From the NCBI GenBank assembly GCA_034430595.1, contig DAOUEL010000011.1, forward strand, positions 68,463 to 132,462: a stretch of 64,000 nucleotides of DNA, given 5' to 3'. Shown here piece by piece: positions 30,951 through 40,236 of the stretch (position 1 is the stretch's first letter; each line of letters opens with the position of its first letter). Under the pieces are notes generated by a model, which was given only the letters and a program-made list of their open reading frames with translations, was not told the DNA's origin and searched no databases. Made by a program: the position numbers and the translations under genes. The stretch is from Anaerolineales bacterium (GTDB lineage Bacteria; Chloroflexota; Anaerolineae; Anaerolineales; E44-bin32).

Positions 30951-32198
30951 ATGATGGAAGTTCGAACGCTCGACCCCTCAACCGAATTCATGAACCAGAT
31001 TATGGAAACGATCCCCGACGGCGAACGCATCAAGATGTGCCTGCAGTGCGGGGCTTGCAGCGGCGCATGCCCCTTCGGTTTCATAATGAAATACCCACCG
31101 CACGGCATGATCGCCGCCATGCGGGCAGGATTGATCGAGGATGTGCTCGCCGCTGACACGGCCTGGATGTGCGTCTCGTGCTACGCCTGCACCCAGGCTT
31201 GCCCGGCCAAGATCCCGGTGACTGCCGGGCTGACGACTCATGTGAAAGAGGAAATGCTCCTGGCCGGAAATGTTCCAACCGAGCTCCAGGATGCACTCGA
31301 GAAGGCTCAGCGCTACTTCAACCCGCTCGGTGAATCCCCTCGCAAACGAGCCGAATGGGCGGAGGGGATGGATCCGGAAGTGACGATCATGGCGAAAGCT
31401 AAGCGCCCGGTGGATTTCCTATGGTTCGTTGGCGATTATGCCTCCTACCATCCCAGCGTTCGAAAAGCTACTCGAAATTTCGCCCGCATCTTGCAAGCGC
31501 TCGGCGTGGACTTCGGTATTCTCGGTCCAGAAGAGCTCAGCGATGGCGATTCGGTCCGTCTGGCAGGGGAGATTGGCCTGTTCGAAATGCTGGCCGAGAA
31601 GAACGGGGCTGCATTTGCCAAGTACGAATTCAACGAAATCATCACCACCGATCCGCACGCCTACAATGCTCTGAAGAATGAGTACCCCCGCCTCGGCTTC
31701 TCCTATCCAGTCCGGCACTACACCGAGTTCCTGCTCGACTATAAGGACCAACTGCAAACCTTATTCAAGAATGAAGTCCAATCCAGCGTCACGTTTCATG
31801 ACCCCTGCTATCTCGGGCGTGCAAACGGGATCTATGAGGCACCGCGCGAGTTACTGGGGTTGATCCCCGGCATTGAATTGACCGAAATGTCCCACACCCA
31901 CGAGAACAGCCTCTGCTGTGGCGGCGGCGGAGGCGGGATGTGGCTGGATGGATTCCGCTGGGAAAAGGCCAAGTCCCACATCTCGGAATGGCGCATGCGC
32001 GAAGCCGTACACGCGCTGGGTAAGCCCTCCAGCGAAGAGCTCGACACAACCGCCCAACCCACCCGAATTCTGGCCGTCGCCTGTCCCTACGAGCCATCGA
32101 GGTTTATCGATGCGGCGAAGACAGTGCCCGGAGCGGAGGGGCTGCAGGTGAAGGAAATCGCCGAGCTCCTGGCCGAAGCTATTGGAATTGAGGAGTGA
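30951..32198 (+). CDS. Soluble HdrD/GlcF-like Fe-S oxidoreductase (2x[4Fe-4S] + two CCG domains)
   Basis: CLQCGACSGACP and CVSCYACTQACP. CCG-type motifs HDPCYLGR and LCCGGGGG. No TM segments. Confidence 0.9.
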   Translation: MMEVRTLDPSTEFMNQIMETIPDGERIKMCLQCGACSGACPFGFIMKYPPHGMIAAMRAGLIEDVLAADTAWMCVSCYACTQACPAKIPVTAGLTTHVKEEMLLAGNVPTELQDALEKAQRYFNPLGESPRKRAEWAEGMDPEVTIMAKAKRPVDFLWFVGDYASYHPSVRKATRNFARILQALGVDFGILGPEELSDGDSVRLAGEIGLFEMLAEKNGAAFAKYEFNEIITTDPHAYNALKNEYPRLGFSYPVRHYTEFLLDYKDQLQTLFKNEVQSSVTFHDPCYLGRANGIYEAPRELLGLIPGIELTEMSHTHENSLCCGGGGGGMWLDGFRWEKAKSHISEWRMREAVHALGKPSSEELDTTAQPTRILAVACPYEPSRFIDAAKTVPGAEGLQVKEIAELLAEAIGIEE

Positions 32199-32202
32199 GA
32201 AG

Positions 32203-32967
32203 ATGAACATCGTAGTCCTTGTCAAACTCGTTCCCGACCTCGTTGAGGAGCTGGAGATCGACTCGAGCGGAACCTCGCTCGACACGACCTTTCTACGCCA
32301 GATTATCAACGAACCCGATGAGCACGCCCTGGAGCAAGCCCTCTTGTTGAAGGAGGCGTCAGGGGCAACCGTCACGGTGATCGGAGCTGGCGTTGACGGA
32401 ATGGATGATGTGCTCTTCACGGCTGCTGCAAAAGGCGCTGACCGCGAAATCAAGCTCACCGGGAGCTTCGAGGCTGGCATCAACAACCACGCGATGGCAC
32501 GTGCTTTTGCCGCTATGATGGGCGAACTGGCGCCCGATATGATCCTGACCGGAGTCCAGGCGCATAACGACATCGATGGGGCATTGGGACCACTGGTAGC
32601 CCAATTCCTTGATCTTCCCTATATCGGTTATGTCTCCGGCGTATCAATCGCCGCCGGCGAATGCACAGTGCGCAAAGAATACGCCGGTGGATTGATCGGC
32701 GAGATGCAGGCACCACTCCCGATCGTGCTGGGAATTCAAGCGGCGGAAAAACCGCCGCGCTACGTTGCGGTGAGCAAAGTCCGCCAGGCGATGAAAACGG
32801 TCTCGCTCGAAGAGCAATCCACCCCCGAACTTGACCCGTCCGGGGCAGCCGTCATCGAGCGGATGTTCCAACCCGAGGGCGGCGAGCACGCCGAAATGAT
32901 CGAGGGCGATGTCGATCAGATTGCCGATCGCTTCGTCGAGCTGCTCCGAGACGCGGGCGTGCTGTAG
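32203..32967 (+). CDS. etfB: Electron transfer flavoprotein beta subunit
   Basis: MNIVVLVKLVPD N-terminus typical of EtfB. GAGGAG RBS 7 nt upstream. Adjacent to etfA. Confidence 0.9.
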   Translation: MNIVVLVKLVPDLVEELEIDSSGTSLDTTFLRQIINEPDEHALEQALLLKEASGATVTVIGAGVDGMDDVLFTAAAKGADREIKLTGSFEAGINNHAMARAFAAMMGELAPDMILTGVQAHNDIDGALGPLVAQFLDLPYIGYVSGVSIAAGECTVRKEYAGGLIGEMQAPLPIVLGIQAAEKPPRYVAVSKVRQAMKTVSLEEQSTPELDPSGAAVIERMFQPEGGEHAEMIEGDVDQIADRFVELLRDAGVL

Positions 32968-32998
32968 CCGGCGCCGATATTGAATAAGGGAGGTCAAG

Positions 32999-33973
32999 AT
33001 GTCTGCTGACATCTACGTACTTATCGAGCACATGCAGGGAAAAGTAAACGACATCTCCTACATCATGCTCGCAGCCGGGCGCGTCCTGGCCGGTGGATCA
33101 GGTGGGCAGGTTGTCGGCATGCTGCTCGGGCATGATGTCGAAGGACTCACCGCAAACCTGGCCGCCGACAAGGTGCTGCTTGTTGATCACCCGGCCCTGG
33201 CCGAGTTCACACCTGAAGCGTACCAGAAGGCTATGGCCGCACTCATCGAGCAAAGCGCACCACGCGCGGTACTGATGGGCGAGACCTCGATCGGCGCGGA
33301 TATCGCCGGAGGTCTCTCAGCCCTTCTTGGATTGCCGCTTGTCAGCCTGTGCCGGCATGTCGGAGCGGAGGGCGGACGACTCACCTTCACCAGCCAGATA
33401 TGCGGCGGCAAAATCCTCGCCGAAGGTGAGCTCCCGGGACCGACCTGCCTGCTTACGATCATGCCCGGCGATTACAAGGTCGAGCAGGGCCAATCGAGCA
33501 TCCAACCCGCGATCGAAAAAGTCCCGGCACTGGATCTAGAAGATTTGCATGTCTCACTGAAAGAATACATCGAGCCCACAGCTGGTGACGTAGACATTGC
33601 ACGTGAATCGGTCCTTGTTGCCGTCGGACGGGGCATTCAGCAGGAGATGAACATCGAGATTCCGCAGGAGTTGGCCGACGCGCTGGGTGCGGTTGTTTGT
33701 GCCTCACGTCCGGTCGTTGACCAGGGCTGGATGGATACCAGCCGGTTGGTTGGGAAATCCGGCAAGCATGTCAGCCCCAAGGTCTACCTGGCGATAGGGA
33801 TCAGTGGTGCTCCCGAACACGTAGAGGGGATCGGTGGCTCCGATCTCATTCTCGCTATTAATACCGATCCAAAAGCGCCGATCTTCGACATCGCAAAGTA
33901 CGGCACGTCGACCGATTTGTTTGACATCGTGCCGGTTCTCACGGAGAAGATTAAAGCCGCAAAAGGCGGGTGA
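32999..33973 (+). CDS. etfA: Electron transfer flavoprotein alpha subunit
   Basis: C-terminal FAD signature VSPKVYLAIGISGAPEHVEGI (PxxYxAxGISGAxQHxxG pattern). AAGGGAGG RBS. Confidence 0.92.
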   Translation: MSADIYVLIEHMQGKVNDISYIMLAAGRVLAGGSGGQVVGMLLGHDVEGLTANLAADKVLLVDHPALAEFTPEAYQKAMAALIEQSAPRAVLMGETSIGADIAGGLSALLGLPLVSLCRHVGAEGGRLTFTSQICGGKILAEGELPGPTCLLTIMPGDYKVEQGQSSIQPAIEKVPALDLEDLHVSLKEYIEPTAGDVDIARESVLVAVGRGIQQEMNIEIPQELADALGAVVCASRPVVDQGWMDTSRLVGKSGKHVSPKVYLAIGISGAPEHVEGIGGSDLILAINTDPKAPIFDIAKYGTSTDLFDIVPVLTEKIKAAKGG

Positions 33974-33977
33974 TCTC

Positions 33978-35975
33978 ATGGACTACGGAGTCATCAAATC
34001 CATCGTTGCCTCGACAGCAATTCTTTTTGCTGGCGGATTCTTCCTGCTGCGCGTATACCAGATGCTTTGGGATAACATGCGTCGCGGCCGACCGAGTCCG
34101 ATGGAGGCCCGCGTCCCCGAGCGGCTTAAATCATTGCTGGTGTACGTTGGAGGCCAGCTGAAGCTCTTCCGGGTGTTGGTGCCTGGAACGGCTCATTTCT
34201 TCATCTTCTGGGGATTTATCCTGCTTTCGTTAACAATCCTTCAGGCAATGCTCGAAGGGATGCTTGCTTTTAGGGGCTCAACATTCGTTCTGCCATTCAT
34301 AGGCACCTTCGGGCCACTGGCGCTGCTCCAGGACCTATTCGCTGTTTTCGTTTCGGTTGCAGTCCTGGTCGGGCTTTATACACGTATTATCGTCAACCCG
34401 GAGCGTTACCGCGGCAGCCATAAAAGCCAGGGCGTTATCGTGCTTCTTTTCATCATGACGATCATGCTCAGCCTGCTAGTCATGAACAGCATTCGGCTCA
34501 ATCTAGGCGAAGATGCACTCAGTTCCTGGCGTCCGGTCTCACGACTCGTAGGAAGACTTTTCGCAGGGTTTTCCACGACAAATCAGTTCATCATCGGTGA
34601 AACTGCTTACTGGATCCACCTCGGTGTTGTGCTGATTTTTCTTACAGAACTCCCGGGCGGGAAGCACTTCCACGTGGTCACAGCTTTACCGGCAGTCTAC
34701 CTGCGCGACCTTGGACCCATGGGGAAACTGCAGGATGCACCGGAGTTTGGCGGCGATGTCGGGGTGAGCACGATCGAGCAGTTCAGCTGGCGCCAGATGC
34801 TTGATTTCTATACATGCACGGAATGCGGCCGCTGCCAGGATGCTTGCCCTGCATATGCCAGCGGCCTCGAGCTGAGCCCTAAATTGCTCATCATGCGGCT
34901 GCGTGATGAGTTGATCAGGGATGGGTCCGCTCGCCGGGCAAACGGAGACAACGGTAACGGCTACAAAGCCCGAGAGCTGAGCGACGGGATCCTAAGTGAT
35001 GAATTCCTCTGGTCTTGCACAACCTGCATGGCGTGCGATCAAGAGTGTCCGCTGTTTATCGAACACGTCTCCCCCCTCGTCGATATGCGCCGCCACCTGG
35101 TGATCGAGGGCCGGGTAGATAGGATGTTGCAGGATGCGCTAGCGAATTTGGGGCGCTATGGCAACTCATTTGGCCAGGCCGAACGCGCCCGGGCGAAGTG
35201 GACCCAGGGGATCGAACCAAAGATAACCGATGCCCGTCGAGAACCGGTCGATTATTTGTGGTTCCTGGGCGATTTTGCCTCCTACCACGCCAGTGTCAGC
35301 GAGGCTACTAAGAAAACAGCCGAAGTTTTCCGTGCTGCCGGGTTGAACTTTGGGATCCTTTACGAAGGGGAGCGTAATGCCGGAAATGACGTTCGCCGGA
35401 TAGGTGAAGAGGGATTGTTCGAGATGCTGGTGGAGGAAAACATGGCCGCACTCGAGAAAAGCCAATACGGCGCCATCGTCACCACCGACCCTCACACGTA
35501 CAACACGCTGAAACATGAGTACCCGCCCGAGATCAACGGTTCACGGCCGATCCTGCATTACAGCGAGCTGCTCGATGAACTGCTCAGCAGCGGGAAACTC
35601 AAGCTGAGTAAGAAGCTCAACTATACAGTCACCTACCATGATCCATGTTATCTCGGACGTTACAACGGGATCTACGACGCGCCCCGCCGCGTGATAGAAG
35701 CCACCGGCTGCAAAATGGTCGAGATGCCACGTAATCGCGATCGGGGGTTCTGCTGCGGCGCTGGTGGTGGACGCATTTGGATGGATGAGACCGAAGTCAA
35801 AGAGCGCCCCAGCGAGTCACGCATCTATGAAGCCGTTGGACTTGATGGAGTTGAAGTTCTAACCGTGGCTTGTCCGAAGGACATCACGATGTTCAAAGAT
35901 TCGGTTAAGACGACCGGGCACGAGGACTCGCTGCAGATCAAAGACCTGATCGAATTGGTCCATGAAGCGCTGTGA
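33978..35975 (+). CDS. Membrane-bound Fe-S oxidoreductase: N-terminal multi-helix (NarI/DsrM-like) module fused to an HdrD-like domain (Etf:quinone-type partner)
   Basis: ATG 33978 (MDYGVIK) lies 4 nt after the etfA stop. About 300 aa carry 5-6 hydrophobic helices. Then CTECGRCQDACP, CTTCMACDQECP, HDPCYLGR and FCCGAGGG. The C-terminal half is clearly paralogous to 30951..32198. Confidence 0.9.
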   Translation: MDYGVIKSIVASTAILFAGGFFLLRVYQMLWDNMRRGRPSPMEARVPERLKSLLVYVGGQLKLFRVLVPGTAHFFIFWGFILLSLTILQAMLEGMLAFRGSTFVLPFIGTFGPLALLQDLFAVFVSVAVLVGLYTRIIVNPERYRGSHKSQGVIVLLFIMTIMLSLLVMNSIRLNLGEDALSSWRPVSRLVGRLFAGFSTTNQFIIGETAYWIHLGVVLIFLTELPGGKHFHVVTALPAVYLRDLGPMGKLQDAPEFGGDVGVSTIEQFSWRQMLDFYTCTECGRCQDACPAYASGLELSPKLLIMRLRDELIRDGSARRANGDNGNGYKARELSDGILSDEFLWSCTTCMACDQECPLFIEHVSPLVDMRRHLVIEGRVDRMLQDALANLGRYGNSFGQAERARAKWTQGIEPKITDARREPVDYLWFLGDFASYHASVSEATKKTAEVFRAAGLNFGILYEGERNAGNDVRRIGEEGLFEMLVEENMAALEKSQYGAIVTTDPHTYNTLKHEYPPEINGSRPILHYSELLDELLSSGKLKLSKKLNYTVTYHDPCYLGRYNGIYDAPRRVIEATGCKMVEMPRNRDRGFCCGAGGGRIWMDETEVKERPSESRIYEAVGLDGVEVLTVACPKDITMFKDSVKTTGHEDSLQIKDLIELVHEAL

Positions 35976-35993
35976 AGGCAGAGGTTGCTTGAG

Positions 35994-36464
35994 ATGTCCG
36001 CTCAAATCGTAACGCAGGCGTTGCAATCGCTCGAGTTTACTCGGGATTTCGAGCCAAAAAAGTTGGAGAAGCTGGCGGCGATTTCTACCTATGTGACTTT
36101 CTCGGAAGGTGCCATGATCTTTCGCGAAGGTGACTCGAGCGAACTGGTCTATCTGATCATCGAAGGCGAGGTTTCACTTCTAACCCAGGTCCCTGGCCAT
36201 GGCCAGGTCACAATTCTTGTGCTTGAACCCGGTCATCTGCTGGGCTGGTCATCGCTCTTCCCTCCCCAGCGGAAGACCGCCAGCGCGCGTACGAACGTTC
36301 CCACCCGGGCCATTGCGATCAACGCTCTCAAGCTGCTCGATCTGTGCCAGGGTGATACAGATTTCGGCTACAGCATCATGTGGAAGGTGGCCGACATCAT
36401 ATCCGGCCGCCTGCGGGCCGCGCGCGAGCAATTGCTCGATATGTTCGAGCCGGCGAAGAAGTAG
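35994..36464 (+). CDS. Stand-alone cyclic-nucleotide-binding (CAP effector-like) domain protein, no HTH
   Basis: About 156 aa. FSEGAMIFREGDSSELVYLIIEGEVSL...GHLLGWSSLFPPQRKTASARTN (beta-roll/PBC-like). ATG 35994 has GAGG 9 nt upstream; TTG 35985 is an alternative start. Confidence 0.8.
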   Translation: MSAQIVTQALQSLEFTRDFEPKKLEKLAAISTYVTFSEGAMIFREGDSSELVYLIIEGEVSLLTQVPGHGQVTILVLEPGHLLGWSSLFPPQRKTASARTNVPTRAIAINALKLLDLCQGDTDFGYSIMWKVADIISGRLRAAREQLLDMFEPAKK

Positions 36465-36509
36465 TGTGTATGGTTCTGGATGGAGATCGAAGAAGGGAAA
36501 CCGTGAAGC

Positions 36510-38510
36510 GTGAGCGGTATGAGTTCGAATCGGTCGAAGGTGGAACGCATCCCGGAACCGGAGAAATCCATTCCAGGCGGCTTCCGTATCCCGATATCGA
36601 CCAACTTGATCCTCAGCGACCTGCTGATTATCACCATCATCAGCGTGATCTTCTTCATCGTTGGCATCCGCCTGATCGGCGACCGGGTTGTGGCCGAGGC
36701 ACAGGGAAAGGTCAGACAGGACTTGAACTCGGCCCGGGAGATCTACCGGGGCGAATTGCGGCATATCAACGACGTGGTCCATCTCACGGCCGATCGATTC
36801 TTCCTCAAGGATGCCATGATGTCGGATAACCTTGAGCTCATCGCGGATGAGTTAGCCCAAGTCAGAGAGATTGAAAGTCTGGATATCCTGAGCATCACCG
36901 ATCCATATGGCGTCGTGGCTTTGCGCAGCAACAACCCTGCGGCAATTGGGGATGACATGAGTGACGACAATATCATCGAGGTCGTGCTCATCCGCGAAGT
37001 CCCCGCAGCCGCCCCGCAAATCACGCCGGCACGGGAACTGATGCTCGAATCGCCTGCCCTGGCTGAGCAAGCCAAATTGTCATTTGTGGAGACACCGCTG
37101 GCCCGGCCGCGCGATGAGACTGCCTTGACGGACGGAATGATGCTGCGGGCGGCAGCCCCCATTTTTGATTACGACGGAAAACTGATTGGGGTGCTCTACG
37201 GCGGCGTGCTCCTATCGAGGAACTACGAGATCGTCGATACCATCAAACAGACGGTGTACCAGGACCTGACCTACAACGGAAAAGATGTCGGAACCGCAAC
37301 GATCTTCCAGGATGATGTCCGCATCTCCACCAACGTCCGCAATGAAGACGGGACACGGGCGCTCGGTACCCGTGTATCGGAGTATGTATACAACCAGGTT
37401 GTGCGTGAAGGAGAACCCTGGATCGGCCGTGCGTATGTCGTAAACGATTGGTATATCACCGCGTACGAGCCGATTCGCAACATCTACAACCGCATCATCG
37501 GCATTCTCTATGTCGGCGTTCTCGAGCAGAAATACCTCGATGCCAAGCAGCAGACTGTGCTTGCGTTCCTGGCAATCACCTTCCTGGGGACGCTTGCCGC
37601 CATGACCCTCTCCTACCTGCTTGCAAAGCGTATTTCGGTCCCGATCGAAAAACTCGCACAGGCAGCACAGGACATTGCCCACGGAAAACTGAACACTCGC
37701 GTTGCGAGCACATCGAATGATGAGCTTGGAGACCTGGCAGAATCCTTCAACAGCATGGCTTCATCCCTCCAGCAACGGGACCAGCAGCTGAAGGAATACA
37801 CCAAGAACAAGATCATGGAGTCGGAGCGATTGGCGTTGGTTGGCCAGCTCTCGGCCAACATCGCCCATGAACTGAATAACCCTCTTCAGGGCATTGTCAC
37901 GTACTCACACCTGCTGCTCGAGAAACTGCCCTGCGAAGATACTTCATCCGTCTCCTCGCTGAACCGCATCGTGACCCAGGCCAACCGCTGCCGGGATATC
38001 ATTCGCGGCCTGCTTGATTTCTCGCGCCAGCGCAAGCCGGATAAGACCATCTGCAACCTGAACTCCGTCCTGCAGGAATGCCTGACGCTGGTTGAAAACC
38101 AGGCTTTATTCCACAACATCGAAATCGAATGCGAATTCGATACAAGCTCGCCGATGATCGTCATCGACCCAGCGCAGTTCCAGCAAGTCGCGTTAAACCT
38201 GATCATCAACGCCGCCGAGGCAATGGAAGACGGGGGGACCCTCTCGGTTTCAACCCGCTTCGAGCCTGAGAACGATTCGCTCGCAGTCATGATCTCCGAC
38301 ACAGGATATGGAATCCCAGAGGAGAACTTCGAGAAATTATTCGATCCCTTCTTTACGACGAAGGAAGTCGGGCATGGAACCGGTTTAGGGCTGGCGATCA
38401 GCTACGGGATCATCAAGGAACACGGTGGACGGATCGACGTAGAAAGCGAAGTGGGCCAGGGAACCACCTTCACCGTTCACCTTCCGCTGGACGGCGAAGA
38501 AAAGGCATAA
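36510..38510 (+). CDS. Sensor histidine kinase, Cache-HAMP-HisKA-HATPase (paralog of 27267..29240)
   Basis: DDVRISTNVRNEDGTRALGTRVS...GRAYVVNDWYITAYEPI matches the same block in the other kinase. H-box NIAHELNNPLQG, LIINAAEAMEDGG, DTGYGIP, GTGLGLAISYG. Confidence 0.9.
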   Translation: MSGMSSNRSKVERIPEPEKSIPGGFRIPISTNLILSDLLIITIISVIFFIVGIRLIGDRVVAEAQGKVRQDLNSAREIYRGELRHINDVVHLTADRFFLKDAMMSDNLELIADELAQVREIESLDILSITDPYGVVALRSNNPAAIGDDMSDDNIIEVVLIREVPAAAPQITPARELMLESPALAEQAKLSFVETPLARPRDETALTDGMMLRAAAPIFDYDGKLIGVLYGGVLLSRNYEIVDTIKQTVYQDLTYNGKDVGTATIFQDDVRISTNVRNEDGTRALGTRVSEYVYNQVVREGEPWIGRAYVVNDWYITAYEPIRNIYNRIIGILYVGVLEQKYLDAKQQTVLAFLAITFLGTLAAMTLSYLLAKRISVPIEKLAQAAQDIAHGKLNTRVASTSNDELGDLAESFNSMASSLQQRDQQLKEYTKNKIMESERLALVGQLSANIAHELNNPLQGIVTYSHLLLEKLPCEDTSSVSSLNRIVTQANRCRDIIRGLLDFSRQRKPDKTICNLNSVLQECLTLVENQALFHNIEIECEFDTSSPMIVIDPAQFQQVALNLIINAAEAMEDGGTLSVSTRFEPENDSLAVMISDTGYGIPEENFEKLFDPFFTTKEVGHGTGLGLAISYGIIKEHGGRIDVESEVGQGTTFTVHLPLDGEEKA

Positions 38511-39662
38511 ATGGATCAAGATCGATCGAAGGTCCTCATCATTGACGACGAAGAAGTTGTCCTGGATTCATGCAACCAGATCCTCGAGGGTGGCCCGTAT
38601 GATGTCGCCACGGCCATGGATGGCACGTTTGGCCTCGAAATGGTGAGCGAATTCCAGCCCGACATCGTCTTTGTTGATTTGAAGATGCCCGGCATCTCCG
38701 GTTTTGACGTGCTGGAACGCGTCCATGAGTTCGACCCAACCATTGTCACAATCGTCATCACCGGGTATGCGACGGTAGACTCGGCGGTGGAGGCGATCAA
38801 GAAAGGTGCCTACGACTTTCTCCCCAAGCCATTCACGCCGGATGAGTTCCGGGTCATTACAGGACGCGGCTTGGAGCGGCGCCGACTGGTGCTGGAAACT
38901 TCCGCCCTGCGCAGGGAACGCGAAATGCTGCGCGAGCATTTCGCCGCCATCGTCTCGCACGAATTGAAATCCCCCCTCGGGGCTGTTCAGCAAAACTTGT
39001 TCGCGCTTGAAGCAGAACTTGCCGGGAAGCTATCAGAAGCCCAGGCGAAAAAGCTCGAGCGGATGAAGTCGTCGATCGACAACCTGCTGAAGCTCATCCA
39101 CACCTGGCTGCGGGTTATCTCACAAGATATCGGCCAGATCCAGGAGAGCTTCAAGCCCACCTCGATCGAACATGTGATTATCGAATCCATCGAAAGCGTC
39201 GAGCCCCATGCGACTCGCAAGGACATCGAGCTTGTACCCATTATCGCCAGGGGCCTGCCAGAGGTGAATGGAGACGAGACTACGCTGCGTGAGTCGATTG
39301 TCAACCTGCTCAGCAATTCCGTGAAATACTCACGCATCAGTACCCAGGTGCGCATCAAAGCTGAACGCGAGGATCAACAAATCCTTATTTCTGTCACCGA
39401 CCGGGGTGTGGGTATTGCCGAGGAGGATCTTCCGTTCATCTTCGGTGACTTCTATGTCGGCAAGTCTGCCCCACCCTCGGAGCGCGGCAGCGGCCTCGGA
39501 TTAGCGATTACCCGCCGGATCATCGAAGCCCATGGAGGGTCAATCTCAGTTGAAAGTGCTTTGGATAAAGGCAGCACTTTCGTGATCCGCCTACCGATTG
39601 CGGAATCCAAAACGAAAGGCGATTCCATGATCGAGACCAGTGTTGTGGCCAACTCGAATTAA
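38511..39662 (+). CDS. Hybrid REC-HisKA-HATPase protein (paralog of 29244..30410)
   Basis: VLIIDDEE...IVFVDLKMPG...AYDFLPKPF. Then VSHELKSPLGAV, LLSNSVKYSR, DRGVGIA, GSGLGLAITRR. The start abuts the upstream stop. Confidence 0.9.
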   Translation: MDQDRSKVLIIDDEEVVLDSCNQILEGGPYDVATAMDGTFGLEMVSEFQPDIVFVDLKMPGISGFDVLERVHEFDPTIVTIVITGYATVDSAVEAIKKGAYDFLPKPFTPDEFRVITGRGLERRRLVLETSALRREREMLREHFAAIVSHELKSPLGAVQQNLFALEAELAGKLSEAQAKKLERMKSSIDNLLKLIHTWLRVISQDIGQIQESFKPTSIEHVIIESIESVEPHATRKDIELVPIIARGLPEVNGDETTLRESIVNLLSNSVKYSRISTQVRIKAEREDQQILISVTDRGVGIAEEDLPFIFGDFYVGKSAPPSERGSGLGLAITRRIIEAHGGSISVESALDKGSTFVIRLPIAESKTKGDSMIETSVVANSN

Positions 39663-39683
39663 GGGCAAAAAGGAGAAAAACTC

Positions 39684-40106
39684 GTGAGTGAAACCAAGAA
39701 GCTGCTCATTATCGACGACGACCCCGACTTCGTGGACGGCATTTTGTCGATCCTGAAGGGAGCCGGCTATGAAATCGAGGCCAGGTACAACCCGAAGGAA
39801 GGTTATAAGGAGTTGGAAACGGGAAAGTACGACCTGCTGCTTCTGGACATCATGATGGGACGGGGAGCAGAAGGCGTCATGCTCGCTCGCAAGATGCGCA
39901 AGGACCCCAAGCTGCGAGAGATCCCGGTCCTGATCATCACGGGCATTCGCGAGCAGATAGCCTACCTGTTTCCCGGATCTTCAGTTTCGCCCCATTTCGT
40001 CGAAGTCGATGAATTGGTCGAGAAACCCATCGAACCTGGTTTGCTGCTCGAACGGGTCAGCTATCTGTTGAAAACCGCAGAGGCCCGAAAAGCAGAGAAG
40101 GCATAG
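39684..40106 (+). CDS. Stand-alone receiver (REC) response regulator (paralog of 26748..27152)
   Basis: LLIIDDDPD...LLLLDIMMG...LVEKPIEP. GTG start with AAAGGAG 8 nt upstream. Confidence 0.85.
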   Translation: MSETKKLLIIDDDPDFVDGILSILKGAGYEIEARYNPKEGYKELETGKYDLLLLDIMMGRGAEGVMLARKMRKDPKLREIPVLIITGIREQIAYLFPGSSVSPHFVEVDELVEKPIEPGLLLERVSYLLKTAEARKAEKA

Positions 40107-40236
40107 TGCAGAGTCTCCTGCCTGGGGACCTGGCGTGGCTTGACCGCTCCACGGCAAGGTTCTGGCAGAGAACTACATGTCATGGCGATCATGAATACAT
40201 CGAGAATTCAACCAGTATCGCCGGGAGGTAATACGT

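Noticed and set aside
40150-40200. A search for a second CRP-like palindrome upstream of hdrC (catgtcatggcgatcatga).
   Set aside because: The sequence contains a direct tcatg repeat, not an inverted repeat, and it does not match TGTGA-N6-TCACA.
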